DNA from: Microcoleus sp.
GTDB taxonomy: Bacteria > Cyanobacteriota > Cyanobacteriia > Cyanobacteriales > Microcoleaceae
Assembly: GCA_052279835.1 (NCBI GenBank)
Contig: CP181291.1
Location: 3,328,001-3,392,000, forward strand
Reading direction: 5' to 3'
Length of the DNA stretch: 64,000 nt
A model generated the notes under the pieces. It made no database searches. It was not told the DNA's origin and saw only the letters and a list, made by a program, of their open reading frames with translations. Shown here piece after piece: positions 1 to 10,146 of this stretch. Each line of letters begins with the position of its first letter. Position 1 is the stretch's first letter. The position numbers were made by a program, and so were the translations under genes.

Positions 1-648
1 ATCGCTCAAATTCAGGCGGTGGTTGGGGATATTGGGGTGGATGCTGTGAAGACTGGAATGCTGTTAAACCGCGAAATTATGGCGGCGGTAGCTTCCGAGG
101 TGGAGAGTTTTCAGATCCAGAATTTGGTTGTCGATCCGGTAATGGTATCCCGATCGGGCGATCGATTGATTGACGATGAGGCGATCGCCTATTTGCAAAA
201 TATTTTGATTCCCATGGCTGCTGTGGTGACTCCCAATCGGTTTGAGGCGAATATTTTGAGCAACTTAGAGATTAATTCTGTGGATGATATGCGATCGGCG
301 GCCCAGAAAATTCATAGTTTAGGGGCGAAGGCGGTGTTGGTGAAAGGTGGGGGGATGAAAGGGGAGTTACGGGGAGTTGATGTTTGGTTTGATGGTAGGG
401 GCTCCGAGGTTTTAAAGGCCGAGACTGTTGATACTCAGAATACTCACGGGACAGGATGTACTTTAAGTGCTGCGATCGCCGCCAATCTAGCATTAGGCAA
501 AGATTTATTCACAGCAGTTACCTTAGCTAAACATTATGTGACCCATGCTCTCCAATATGCTTTAGATATTGGAGAAGGTCAAGGTCCAGTAGGTCATTTT
601 TTCCCGCTGTTGAAGTCAGAAGTCTCTCCACAGTCTACAATCAGTTAA
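1..648 (+). CDS. thiD: Hydroxymethylpyrimidine/phosphomethylpyrimidine kinase (5' end outside window)
   Basis: AVKTGML, VVDPVMV, VTPNRFEA, VLVKGG and THGTGCTLSAAIAA ribokinase-fold ThiD motifs; frame is open from base 1. Confidence 0.95.
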   Translation: MAQIQAVVGDIGVDAVKTGMLLNREIMAAVASEVESFQIQNLVVDPVMVSRSGDRLIDDEAIAYLQNILIPMAAVVTPNRFEANILSNLEINSVDDMRSAAQKIHSLGAKAVLVKGGGMKGELRGVDVWFDGRGSEVLKAETVDTQNTHGTGCTLSAAIAANLALGKDLFTAVTLAKHYVTHALQYALDIGEGQGPVGHFFPLLKSEVSPQSTIS

Positions 649-1046
649 TTTCTTAATTTTTCTGGCGATAGGGCGATCGCAATTAAATTTTCTATTTTTT
701 TAATATTCGGATCGCCAGCTAAATAACCGATCCCACGGTGCAAGTGGAGGCGAAACTGTTTAGCGAGAGTATCTTTTTCTGTTCCTAAGTTGTCATTGTG
801 ACAGCGCTGCTTCAGAGCAATTATCAAGATATCAGCCATGTCGCCACCAAAAACATCCCAACTTAATTCGACATTGCTGTCGCTAGGAATCGGTACGGGA
901 GATGGGATGCTCGGCTCGGCTAGCGATCGGCAAAAACCCCACCGACACAGGATGTTCCACTGGTCAATTTTGGTTGCTCGTTTCAGTTTTGATAGTTGGT
1001 CTTTCCCTGTTTGGGAGAGGCGGATGCGATCAACTGGTGGTTCCAT
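645..1046 (-). CDS. dndE: DNA sulfur modification (phosphorothioation) protein DndE
   Basis: 133 aa with IRLSQTGKDQLSKLKR..WNILCRWGFCRSL..FRLHLHRGIGYL, typical of DndE; downstream of dndD. Confidence 0.9.
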   Translation of the reverse strand: MEPPVDRIRLSQTGKDQLSKLKRATKIDQWNILCRWGFCRSLAEPSIPSPVPIPSDSNVELSWDVFGGDMADILIIALKQRCHNDNLGTEKDTLAKQFRLHLHRGIGYLAGDPNIKKIENLIAIALSPEKLRN

Positions 1047-1122
1047 AGGTTGATGATTTTTTGATCTGTTGTATGATTGTTAATATTGACCAGGCACAGC
1101 CTCTAGATAGGCTTTTCAAAAG

Positions 1123-1222
1123 GGTGCATCTCAATGAGTGCAAATATCTTCGTAGGGGCGAAGCATGACCGCTGTAAATCTCTGGTTATCACTAATAAAT
1201 TGTCTGCGGTCATGCTTCGCCT
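1123..1222. repeat. REP/MITE-like palindromic dispersed repeat (GGCGAAGCATGACCGC...GCGGTCATGCTTCGCC)
   Basis: Inverted arms visible; close copy at about 58553-58672, related copy at about 37978-38055. Confidence 0.75.
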
Positions 1223-1427
1223 ATGCAAAGTCGGGATGCTCCCTTTCAAAACTGAGGTTGTCAACCCAAATTCACGAACAAAATTTACCACAAAATTTAC
1301 ATTTTTTTACACGGCGCTAGGTTGATATATACGGGGTTTTCTGCTATTGTGGTTATATAAGGATTTATCCTAAATAATGGGATGCTGGCAAAAATAAAAT
1401 TTTCGCAACCATCCCATTATCCTATAT

Positions 1428-1456
1428 ATAGTACCGCAACCCCAGGGCAAAGTCAA
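1428..1456 (-). promoter_or_regulatory. Putative sigma70-type promoter between dndD and dndE
   Basis: Minus strand TTGACT-17 nt-TACTAT, embedded in a CGCAACCCC/GGGGTTGCG inverted repeat. Confidence 0.5.
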
Positions 1457-1486
1457 GGGGTTGCGTCTATTTTTTAGGGCGAATTT

Positions 1487-3484
1487 TTATGTCCAAAAGT
1501 AACCAGTTTGGACGGTGGTTTGGCGTTTGGCGGAATCATATTTGAGGATGTAGCTGTGGGCGATCGCCTCTAATTCTTGCAGCTTATCATATTCTGTTTT
1601 GCCAATTTCTGTATCTGTTGATAGTAGGATGACTTGGTGGCTGGCTGAGGGGAAATAGCGTTCGACTAGGTTGTTTCGATGGGAGGAGTCGAGGCGGCCT
1701 AGGGGAGTGTCGATGGCGACTGGTAATTGTCTCCCGGATACCCTGGCTAATCCCCACAAAAAGGCGATCGCCAGCAGTTGTTTTTCTCCTGCTGACAGTC
1801 GGTGTTTGGGTACTTGTTTCCCTTCGGTATCGTAGATAGAAAGGCTAAAGGTTTGGGTATCTATGGCTACTCTATGTACCAAGTCTGTTTTGTGCAGCAG
1901 GTAACGGAAACATTCGGTGATTTCTACTTCGAGTTTATTGAGCTTTTTGAGGGTGAGTTTTTCTTTGAATTGTTTAAGAGTGGCTTGGGCTTTGGCGATG
2001 GATGCGATGATGTGTTGGCTGTTTCTGATGGTGATGTATTCGCTGCTGTAGTTTTCTAATTCTTTTTTGGCTTGGGTTAATTCCCTGTCTAATTCTTCGA
2101 TGTAGCGGTTAACCGATTCCAAGTCGGCGGCTGCATTAGCCACTGCTTGTTGCGTGTTTTTTACCTCTATTTCTAGTTGTTTGTAGGCTTCGGGAGAAGC
2201 GGCGGTGGCTAATTTTCTGTCTGTAAAGTCGATTTCTGCTTCGATATTTTGGATTTTTTCTATTGTTTCAGTGGCTGTGGTTTGCTGGAATTGGATTTGG
2301 TAGTTGAGGATATTTTCTAGTTGTTGGATGTTGTCATCATCCGCAGCTAACCAGGGCGGGGTATCGGAGCCAATTTGCTGTTCTAGTTGTCTATTTTCTT
2401 GGTGGATGAAGTCTTGTATTTTGTCTAGTTGTTCGGGGTTCAATGAAATTTCGGCGATGTAGTTGAGGAGGCGATCGCTTTTTTCTTTGATAATATTTTG
2501 GGCAATTTTGGCTCGCTGCTGGCTGGCTTCTGTTTCTGCTTGGGTTTTGGCTTGGCTGAGTAGGGGCGAAATTAGGGCTAAGGGGAGGGCATTTGATGCT
2601 AGTTCAATCATCGCTTCACGGGATTTTTCAGCAGCAGCTCTGTAGTCGTTTAGTTGTCTGTCTAGTTGGCTGCGATCGGCTGCGATTTTCCCACCTTCGT
2701 AAATAAACTTATCTGATGCTTGTTGCTGATTTTTTTGAGCTTGCTCTAACTTGTTTTTTAAGTTAGCTGCATCTTGCTCGGCATCGGTCTTTTTATCAGT
2801 AATTTTATTTAATTTTTCTTCAATTTGTTCTAAAGCTGCCAAGTCTTTTTTGCCGGATATTTCTTTACGCTTGCGGCTGGCTAATATTTCTAAGTCAACG
2901 GCGAGGCGTTCGGCTAATTCTAAACCTAAAAGAGATTTAATTGCGCCCACTACAAATTCTGGTGGAGTTTCGAGTTCCGCTAGTTCTTTTACTTGTTCGC
3001 CATCAAAAAGAAACAGGTTAGATATGCCGACTGGTAGCATGGTTTCGATGTATTCATCCCAGGTGTTGCTCAGGGCTTTGTCTGCCCACCAATCGGTAAC
3101 AAATTCGCTATATATGAGAATACTTAGGTTGTCTTTTGTATCGGTTTTTTTCCAGTATCTAACTATTTTAAATTTGGTTAATTTGTCATCTTGAATTTGT
3201 TCAAATATTAATTCAACCCTGGTATCGTCTAAGGGTGGAGTGTGGCGATTGACTGATTGATTGAGGAAGTCGCTGTAGCTTAAATTGCCTCTGGTGGAAC
3301 ATTGAGCTCTGCCGCCGTAGAGGGCGAGGCGAATTGCATCCATGAGGGTAGTTTTGCCACCGCCATTCATGCCCCCAAATAGGACTATGGGGCATGGATT
3401 GCCGTCTTTTTCGGGGCGGAGATTGATGGTTTGAGTGCCTGCATAGGGACCGAAGTTTTTGAGGACGAGTTCGAGGAATTGCAT
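1487..3484 (-). CDS. dndD: DNA sulfur modification protein DndD (SMC-like ATPase)
   Basis: Start MQFLELVLKNFGPY; Walker A GMNGGGKTT, LFLFDGEQ, long coiled coil, LSAGEKQ signature, IDTPLGRLDSSHR, QVILLSTDTEI; about 665 aa. Confidence 0.92.
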   Translation of the reverse strand: MQFLELVLKNFGPYAGTQTINLRPEKDGNPCPIVLFGGMNGGGKTTLMDAIRLALYGGRAQCSTRGNLSYSDFLNQSVNRHTPPLDDTRVELIFEQIQDDKLTKFKIVRYWKKTDTKDNLSILIYSEFVTDWWADKALSNTWDEYIETMLPVGISNLFLFDGEQVKELAELETPPEFVVGAIKSLLGLELAERLAVDLEILASRKRKEISGKKDLAALEQIEEKLNKITDKKTDAEQDAANLKNKLEQAQKNQQQASDKFIYEGGKIAADRSQLDRQLNDYRAAAEKSREAMIELASNALPLALISPLLSQAKTQAETEASQQRAKIAQNIIKEKSDRLLNYIAEISLNPEQLDKIQDFIHQENRQLEQQIGSDTPPWLAADDDNIQQLENILNYQIQFQQTTATETIEKIQNIEAEIDFTDRKLATAASPEAYKQLEIEVKNTQQAVANAAADLESVNRYIEELDRELTQAKKELENYSSEYITIRNSQHIIASIAKAQATLKQFKEKLTLKKLNKLEVEITECFRYLLHKTDLVHRVAIDTQTFSLSIYDTEGKQVPKHRLSAGEKQLLAIAFLWGLARVSGRQLPVAIDTPLGRLDSSHRNNLVERYFPSASHQVILLSTDTEIGKTEYDKLQELEAIAHSYILKYDSAKRQTTVQTGYFWT

Positions 3485-3737
3485 TGTAGATGTTGTTGAG
3501 ATGGGTGGAGAATTGCTAAGTGCGATCGGCAGTCTCAAATGACGCAAGTCCTAATGATATCATTTTGTATAGGGGCAATCGCCGCTTAACGATCGCTCAG
3601 ATGGCTAATACCAGTTTTTTATGAAGCTGCATAGAATTCGATCCCCCCTAGCCCCCCTTAATAAGGGGGGAACAAGATTGGGATGGAAGTCCCCCTCGCA
3701 CGGGGGATGCGAGGGAGATTGAGATATATATCCAACA

Positions 3738-4670
3738 TCATATTAAATTGGTATAAGGGGTCAAAAGGCGATCGCCAAAATCTGCAATTAAATTACGATG
3801 GACTAATTGCGATCGCCATTTTTCCGGGAGGCCACCTTCACTATAAAAAGCCCCAGCCAACTGTCCGTAAACCGCACCAGTCGTATCAGCATCATCACCC
3901 AAATTCACAGCTAACAAGCACCCTTGAGCAAAAGAATCACTGTTGTAAAACGCCCAAAGCGCCGCCTCCAAAGACTTGACAACATAACCCGTACCTTTAA
4001 TTTCAGGAGGTTGTCGTCGCTTAAAAGAACCCGCCGCAATTTCATCAATCTCGGCCACTAGCGGGTGAGCTTCCCAATATCCAGAAATCGGACAGTATCT
4101 TTCTGAAAGCAACACATCTTTAGCAACACCATTCACCGCCGCGGCAATTAAATTACCAAAATAGCGACAAGCATCCACACAAGTAGTAGCACTGTGAGTA
4201 GTTCGAGAGCTGGCTGCTGATTTTTCTATGACTTCCAAAGGATTTTTAGCATAAAACAAAGGCACGGGAGCCAAACGCATAATCGAACCATTTCCAGCAG
4301 TATGAGCATCGGTAGAACCGCATTCAGGTTTTCTTGTAGCTTTAAAATTCAGAAGTGCTTGTCGCACCGTATTACCGATATCAAAACATTTACCATTGCT
4401 GCTCAAATGTCCATATCCCCACCACCGCAAATAAGTTTCTAATTGATGGATTGGATCGAAACCTTGTTTTTCAATCAAACTTTCAGCCAAACAAAGTGCC
4501 ATGGAAGTATCATCAGTCCACTCTCCCGGTTGTAGTCGAAAGGGGCCACCACCAATCATGTCATTAATAGGTGTAAAAGTTCCTGGGCGAGTGAACTCTA
4601 AAGTTGTTCCTAGAGCATCACCAATCGCTAAACCGAGAAGACTACCACGATAACGTTCTATTTGCTGCAT
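3738..4670 (-). CDS. ADP-ribosylglycohydrolase (DraG/ARH family)
   Basis: [43 protein letters not shown]; start moved to MQQIER because the upstream extension is a tandem-repeat translation. Confidence 0.92.
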   Translation of the reverse strand: MQQIERYRGSLLGLAIGDALGTTLEFTRPGTFTPINDMIGGGPFRLQPGEWTDDTSMALCLAESLIEKQGFDPIHQLETYLRWWGYGHLSSNGKCFDIGNTVRQALLNFKATRKPECGSTDAHTAGNGSIMRLAPVPLFYAKNPLEVIEKSAASSRTTHSATTCVDACRYFGNLIAAAVNGVAKDVLLSERYCPISGYWEAHPLVAEIDEIAAGSFKRRQPPEIKGTGYVVKSLEAALWAFYNSDSFAQGCLLAVNLGDDADTTGAVYGQLAGAFYSEGGLPEKWRSQLVHRNLIADFGDRLLTPYTNLI

Positions 4671-4675
4671 AGATT

Positions 4676-4817
4676 TAATTGGGAATTGGGAATGGGGAAT
4701 GGGGAATTGGGAATTGGGCGAAGCTCTGGGATTAGGCATGGGGCGGAGTGATTAGCCATTGGCAACAAATAACCAATAACCAATAACCAATAACCAATAA
4801 CCACTAACTAATGACTA
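4676..4817. repeat. Cyanobacterial short tandem repeats (GGGAATT and AATAACC heptamers)
   Basis: Direct inspection; similar tracts at about 5670-5740, 13155-13185 and 33170-33228. Confidence 0.8.
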
Positions 4818-5678
4818 ATGACCGATCGAGCTAAGATTGATCGTAACTTGTCCCTACCCGAACTCAGACCCGTTCCCATGATACCCGATGCCTTTCCCGG
4901 AGCCACTTCCGCCCCCGACTCTCAAGGGACACCTGAAGTCAGCCTCGATATGCAAGTCCGTCTGAAAACTGAAGATGGACAGCTACTGCTGCTGTTACCC
5001 TCAGAAACTAACACCAGTGAAACACCCACCGTCTCCGCCTCTAGTTGGACTGAAATTTGGCAACAGTTAAAGGTGAGGCTGAATGCAGGAGAACGCTTTT
5101 GGCAGGCGAATGCCGAAGTACAATTGATGGCGAGCGATCGACTTTTGGATATTCGCCAACTGCAAGAAATCGCCGAAGCCCTATCGGAAGTCGAACTTCA
5201 ACTCAAACGAGTCCACACTAGCCGCCGTCAAACTGCGGTTGCCGCCGCCACTGTCGGGTATTGTGTAGAACAGCAGCCTCCTGTTTCATCCCTGAGTAAA
5301 GCCCCCACGGACAAACCGCAATCCCTGGCGGAACCTTTATATTTGCAGATGACGGTGCGATCGGGCGTAGAAATTCGCCATCCGGGTACCGTCGTACTTT
5401 TGGGAGATGTGAATCCAGGTGGTTCAGTCATCGCTGGGGGCGATATCCTAGTTTGGGGGCGTTTGCGGGGGATTGTTCATGCTGGTGCTGGCGGCAATAC
5501 CAAAAGTGTGATTATGACCTTGCAGATGGAACCGATGGTGATTAGGATTGCTAAGTATGTTGCCAGAGGTCCAGAAGCTTCGCCGGCTCAGTTTTTCCCG
5601 GAAGTCGCCTATGTGACAGATAAAGGGATTAGGATTGGCAGAGCTTCTGATTTTGACAAATCTCTTTTAATTGGTTAG
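4818..5678 (+). CDS. minC: Septum site-determining protein MinC
   Basis: TVRSGVEIRHPGTVVLLGDVNPGGSVIAGGDILVWGRLRGIVHAG; first gene of minCDE. Confidence 0.95.
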   Translation: MTDRAKIDRNLSLPELRPVPMIPDAFPGATSAPDSQGTPEVSLDMQVRLKTEDGQLLLLLPSETNTSETPTVSASSWTEIWQQLKVRLNAGERFWQANAEVQLMASDRLLDIRQLQEIAEALSEVELQLKRVHTSRRQTAVAAATVGYCVEQQPPVSSLSKAPTDKPQSLAEPLYLQMTVRSGVEIRHPGTVVLLGDVNPGGSVIAGGDILVWGRLRGIVHAGAGGNTKSVIMTLQMEPMVIRIAKYVARGPEASPAQFFPEVAYVTDKGIRIGRASDFDKSLLIG

Positions 5679-5786
5679 TTGTTATTGGTTAGTTGTTATT
5701 GGTTATTTGTTACCAATGTGCCATGCTCCATGCCCCATGCCCCATACCTAACGCCCAGTCTATAAATCTCAAATCTAAAATCGCTT

Positions 5787-6593
5787 ATGGCTCGCATTAT
5801 TGTTGTTACATCAGGGAAAGGCGGAGTTGGTAAAACCACCTCCACTGCTAATCTTGGTATGGCTTTAGCTAAGCGGGGGCGCAGCGTTGCGGTGATTGAT
5901 GCCGATTTTGGCCTCAGAAACTTAGACTTGCTGCTGGGCTTAGAAAATCGCATTGTTTATACTGCACTGGAAGTGCTGGCTGGAGAGTGTCGCTTAGAGC
6001 AAGCTTTGGTGAAAGATAAGCGTCAGCCACGTTTGGTATTGTTGCCGGCGGCCCAAACTCGCATGAAAGATGCCATTAGTGCCGAGCAAATGAAGCAGCT
6101 TGTGGGGATGTTGGGGACAAAATATGATTATATTTTAATTGATTCTCCTGCGGGCATTGAACAGGGTTTTCAAAATGCGATCGCCCCGGCTCAAGAAGGT
6201 GTGATTGTGACTACTCCAGAAATCGCTGCTGTCAGAGATGCCGATCGAGTTATCGGTTTGCTGGAAGCTAATAATGTCAAGAAAATCAACCTGATCGTCA
6301 ACCGGATCAGACCGGCAATGGTACTCGCCAATGATATGATGTCGGTGCAAGACGTGCGGGAAATCCTCGCCATTCCGCTGCTGGGCGTAGTCCCTGACGA
6401 TGAGCGCGTCATTGTTTCCACCAACCGAGGAGAACCATTAGTTTTGTCTGAAACAGCTTCTTTGGCTGGAACCGCTTTCGACAATATTGCTCGTCGCTTG
6501 GAAGGGGAAAAAGTCGATTTTCTCGATCTCAATCCTCGTCCCGAAACCTTTTTTAGTCGCCTCCGCAAATTCTTCAATACTAAAATTATTTAA
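5787..6593 (+). CDS. minD: Septum site-determining ATPase MinD
   Basis: TSGKGGVGKTT, DADFGLRNLD, DSPAGIE, C-terminal amphipathic helix. Confidence 0.97.
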   Translation: MARIIVVTSGKGGVGKTTSTANLGMALAKRGRSVAVIDADFGLRNLDLLLGLENRIVYTALEVLAGECRLEQALVKDKRQPRLVLLPAAQTRMKDAISAEQMKQLVGMLGTKYDYILIDSPAGIEQGFQNAIAPAQEGVIVTTPEIAAVRDADRVIGLLEANNVKKINLIVNRIRPAMVLANDMMSVQDVREILAIPLLGVVPDDERVIVSTNRGEPLVLSETASLAGTAFDNIARRLEGEKVDFLDLNPRPETFFSRLRKFFNTKII

Positions 6594-6710
6594 TCTGCGG
6601 CCCTAGGGGCGATCGACTTTCATCCATAGGGACTGAATCTAACACCATCGTCTAGATGTTCCCAAAGTTCACTTTTTCTAGGCATCACCCTTGACAAATG
6701 AGTACCAATC

Positions 6711-7031
6711 ATGATATATACACTCCTCGAACGACTTTTCCCGCGCACGTCTGATAACAGCCGCGATGAGGTCAAACGCCGCCTGAAACTGGTTCTAGCC
6801 CACGATCGCTCAGAACTCAGTCCAGAAATGGTTGAGGCGATGCGCCGAGAAATTCTAGAGGTGGTGTCGCGTTATGTGGAAATTGATACTAGCGAGTCAG
6901 AGTTTTCCCTAGCCAGCGATCAGCGGGCCACATCCTTGATTGCGAATCTGCCGATCCGGCGAGTCAGGCTGGATACAGTACCGGAAGAGGTACCCGAAGA
7001 GGTACCCGAAGAAGTACCAGATGAGGATTAA
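6711..7031 (+). CDS. minE: Cell division topological specificity factor MinE
   Basis: [38 protein letters not shown]; acidic PEEV-repeat tail. Confidence 0.95.
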   Translation: MIYTLLERLFPRTSDNSRDEVKRRLKLVLAHDRSELSPEMVEAMRREILEVVSRYVEIDTSESEFSLASDQRATSLIANLPIRRVRLDTVPEEVPEEVPEEVPDED

Positions 7032-8197
7032 TAATTCATCGCTCTTTCCAGAGGTGATTGTAACTGGATTTCTAAAGGTCGATCGGACCTAATTTCGAGA
7101 CCAGGAAAATCATTTTTTACTAATATTTTTTCGCCGATTTCCTTACTAGGTCTGGGCCAGAGTACCCAACGACTACCTTGGGTAAGAGTGCTTAAACTTG
7201 CAGAATTTTGAGTCAGCCAAATTAGCGGCAGTTTAGGTCTGTTTTGCACCACATCTTCCCCTGCATTAACTGCTGCTAAAGTTTCCAAAACTACCCGGTT
7301 CCCCGATACGATTCCAGTTCCGGTTGTCCAAAGTTTGACGTTTAACAAGCGCTTGCTAGCATAGAAGTAAAGGGACGCAGCGACTGTCACGGCTCGTTCA
7401 AATTCCTTTGGTTCCCAGGTGGCACCGCTGTCGAGAGCAATCATAATTTCTTGACCACCTGCTGCAACTTCCAACTCCCGCACCCGCAATTCCCCGTGGC
7501 GGGCGCTGGTGCGCCAGTGAATCAGTCTGGTGGGGTCTCCGTGTCGGTAGGGTCTGAGGTTACGGGTGAGTCCTTCTGTCGCATTTTGCGATCGACTACG
7601 ATCGTACAATTGCGGACTATCTTCTTGACCGATGCGATCGATCAAAGGACAAGTGCTCAAGGGTAAAACCTGGGGATAAACCACCGCCTTCGCCGAAACC
7701 GGGCGACTGCGCCGACACCAAAACAACCCCAAAGGTGCTGCTGTCCTCAAGTACACCTCTAACCAGCGATAGACACCCCGCTGCTGGGCTTCCAGATAGT
7801 ATGTATCCCTGTAAATACTTTTGGCGGAGATCGCCTCAATGGGGCGAACTACGGGTTCTGTGAGTACAAAGGGCAAGACATCTATCACTTGCAACAGGGT
7901 TTTAGGTTGGTCGGAGCAATTTTCGATTTCCAGTTCGATCGTAATTTTATCGCCCACACTCACAGGTTCGATCGCGCGACGGCGGACTGCCAAAGCACGG
8001 AGCGATCTCGTCGATAAAAAAGCCGCAATTCCCAACAGCGCCAAACTCCCACCGCTGAGTACGTAAAGCCACCCAGCCATTGTATTAGTAGCAGAGCCAA
8101 AAAAGAAAACAGTCAACCCGATCAGCACCCAAGCACCGTAAGACGGTGTTGCAGCGCGACTTTCGAGCCAGTTGGCAATTTTTAGACCGATGTTCAT
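7028..8197 (-). CDS. DUF58 domain-containing membrane protein
   Basis: N-terminal TM helices; [20 protein letters not shown] motif. Confidence 0.88.
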   Translation of the reverse strand: MNIGLKIANWLESRAATPSYGAWVLIGLTVFFFGSATNTMAGWLYVLSGGSLALLGIAAFLSTRSLRALAVRRRAIEPVSVGDKITIELEIENCSDQPKTLLQVIDVLPFVLTEPVVRPIEAISAKSIYRDTYYLEAQQRGVYRWLEVYLRTAAPLGLFWCRRSRPVSAKAVVYPQVLPLSTCPLIDRIGQEDSPQLYDRSRSQNATEGLTRNLRPYRHGDPTRLIHWRTSARHGELRVRELEVAAGGQEIMIALDSGATWEPKEFERAVTVAASLYFYASKRLLNVKLWTTGTGIVSGNRVVLETLAAVNAGEDVVQNRPKLPLIWLTQNSASLSTLTQGSRWVLWPRPSKEIGEKILVKNDFPGLEIRSDRPLEIQLQSPLERAMNY

Positions 8198-8435
8198 AGC
8201 ACTTTCAAGGGTGAGGAATGGTTAATCAATCGCACTCAAACTAGCAAGAAGATCGGATTTAGCCTCTTGACTGACCAACTTTTTGAGCCCGGTCTCGTCA
8301 CTGAGGAATCTCCCCAAGTCCTCAAAAGCTAATTGTAAAATCTTCTAATAACTTAGCAGCGAATTAGATATTAGCGATTAGATTAGAAGTCAGCCATTTT
8401 TTAGCAAAAAATCTACATTCAATGGAGACCAAAAA

Positions 8436-9695
8436 ATGAACCCATTAGATAATCCTACACCCGTTAGACCAGAGGCTCAAGCACGTCGCACACCGCCACC
8501 GCCACCGCCCTTAGCAGCCCCTCCTGCGCCTCCGGCTGTCGCAGTCCCGCGACAACCAGAAGTTCCCCTCAGTACGATCGAGCAAATGGTCAGAGATGCC
8601 CATGCCGCTGGGGCTTCCGACATTCACATTCGAGTAGGTCAAGTGCCAAGATTTCGGATTCGGGGCACGATGCAAGTAGCGATGAGCCACGTCAAAGTAA
8701 CTCCAGAAATTTTTGAACATTACTTAGCAGAAATTCTTTCTCCCCAACAGCGCAAACAGTTCGCAGATAGCAAAGAATTAGATGCAGCAATTTTCTATCC
8801 TGGTTTTGTGCGGTGTCGGGTAAACTGTTTTGATTCCCTCAGTGGCGGTGCTATAGTATTGCGTTTGATCGATCTGCAAATACCGAGTATCGACGCGATG
8901 AGATTGCCAGAAGTGCTCAAAAGCATCATCCTGCGATCGCAAGGGTTAATATTAGTTACCGGACCGACCGGTTCGGGAAAATCGACCACCGTGGCTGCGA
9001 TGATCGACCACCTGAACCAGATGGAGCAAAAGCACGTAGTTACCATTGAAGACCCGATCGAATTCATTCACCCTTCCAAGAAATGTTTAGTCAGCCAGCG
9101 GGAAGTGGGCTTGCACACCCACGAGTTTCAGCAGGCGTTGCGGGCTGTGTTGCGGGAAGATCCAGATGTGATTCTGATTGGGGAAATGCGCGATCGTATT
9201 ACCATCAATACAGCTTTGCAAGCAGCTCAAACAGGTCACTTAGTCTTGGGTACTCTCCACACTCGCAGCGCCATTAACGCTATCAACCGCTTGTTGAATA
9301 TGTATCCCCCAGAAGAACAGCAGGCGATGCGGATTCAAATCTGCGACTCGTTGGTAGCAGTAATTGCTCAACTTTTGTTACCAACCGTTGACAATCGCCG
9401 CGTCGCAGTTCACGACATTTTGGTGAATACCCCTGCTATGCACGATTACTTAATGAAAGGTGCTGATGACGAGGCTTTCCGGTTGATGGAAACTGATACT
9501 TATGAAGGGATGCAGATTATCAATCAGGCTCTTTATAACCTTGTAATTGAGGGCAGAGTGACGATAGAAGAAGCAAATAAAGCTTCTCCTGAAGCGACCG
9601 ATTTAGACCGTCGCTTGCGGACAGGAGGCTATGATGCTGCGGATGCTCGTGGCTTTAAAGGTAGCAAAAAAGAACGCGGCGTTCGTGCTAAGTAG
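8436..9695 (+). CDS. pilT: Type IV pilus retraction ATPase, PilT family (Pro-rich N-terminus)
   Basis: ASDIHI, GPTGSGKSTT, TIEDPIE, LREDPDVILIGEMRD, TGHLVLGTLHT. Confidence 0.93.
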   Translation: MNPLDNPTPVRPEAQARRTPPPPPPLAAPPAPPAVAVPRQPEVPLSTIEQMVRDAHAAGASDIHIRVGQVPRFRIRGTMQVAMSHVKVTPEIFEHYLAEILSPQQRKQFADSKELDAAIFYPGFVRCRVNCFDSLSGGAIVLRLIDLQIPSIDAMRLPEVLKSIILRSQGLILVTGPTGSGKSTTVAAMIDHLNQMEQKHVVTIEDPIEFIHPSKKCLVSQREVGLHTHEFQQALRAVLREDPDVILIGEMRDRITINTALQAAQTGHLVLGTLHTRSAINAINRLLNMYPPEEQQAMRIQICDSLVAVIAQLLLPTVDNRRVAVHDILVNTPAMHDYLMKGADDEAFRLMETDTYEGMQIINQALYNLVIEGRVTIEEANKASPEATDLDRRLRTGGYDAADARGFKGSKKERGVRAK

Positions 9696-9708
9696 CAACC
9701 CATCTCAG

Positions 9709-9743
9709 AAGGGTAAGAGTATATTGGACTCTACCCTTTTTTT
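9709..9743 (+). terminator. Putative intrinsic terminator after pilT
   Basis: AAGGGTAAGAGT/ACTCTACCCTT imperfect stem followed by a T tract. Confidence 0.55.
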
Positions 9744-10146
9744 ACTAAATCTTAGTAAAATTTAATATTAAATTTATTTAACAAATACCCTGCTTTACAT
9801 GAACTTTAAAAATCCGGTAAAACCCTGAGATGATTGCAAAGAAATCGTAAAGATGTCTGGTGGCTATTGCCAATACCTAGCAACTCAAGTTTATAATCGT
9901 AGTTATAATAAATATTTTTTAGTAAAAAATTTAAATTTAGGATAAGGGCAAGTTATCCAGTCAACCAAAACAATTAATCAAGCTACAAATCGGCTGAACA
10001 AAATAATCTGTACCACAGCAGGTTTTTAGGGAGTTCTATTAACCAGTGGAGACAAAAACCAGGTATTTTTAGCCAGAGTTATTTTGGCTGTTAAACCAGT
10101 GTTAGTTAGAACGAGTATATTTTGAAAAATCAAAGGAGCAAAACAA

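Noticed and set aside
4671..4739. N-terminal extensions such as [20 protein letters not shown] on the ARH gene (similar cases at dndD, GDSL, eda, DUF2808)
   Set aside because: They are translations of intergenic repeats or non-coding DNA; downstream starts fit the family N-termini better.
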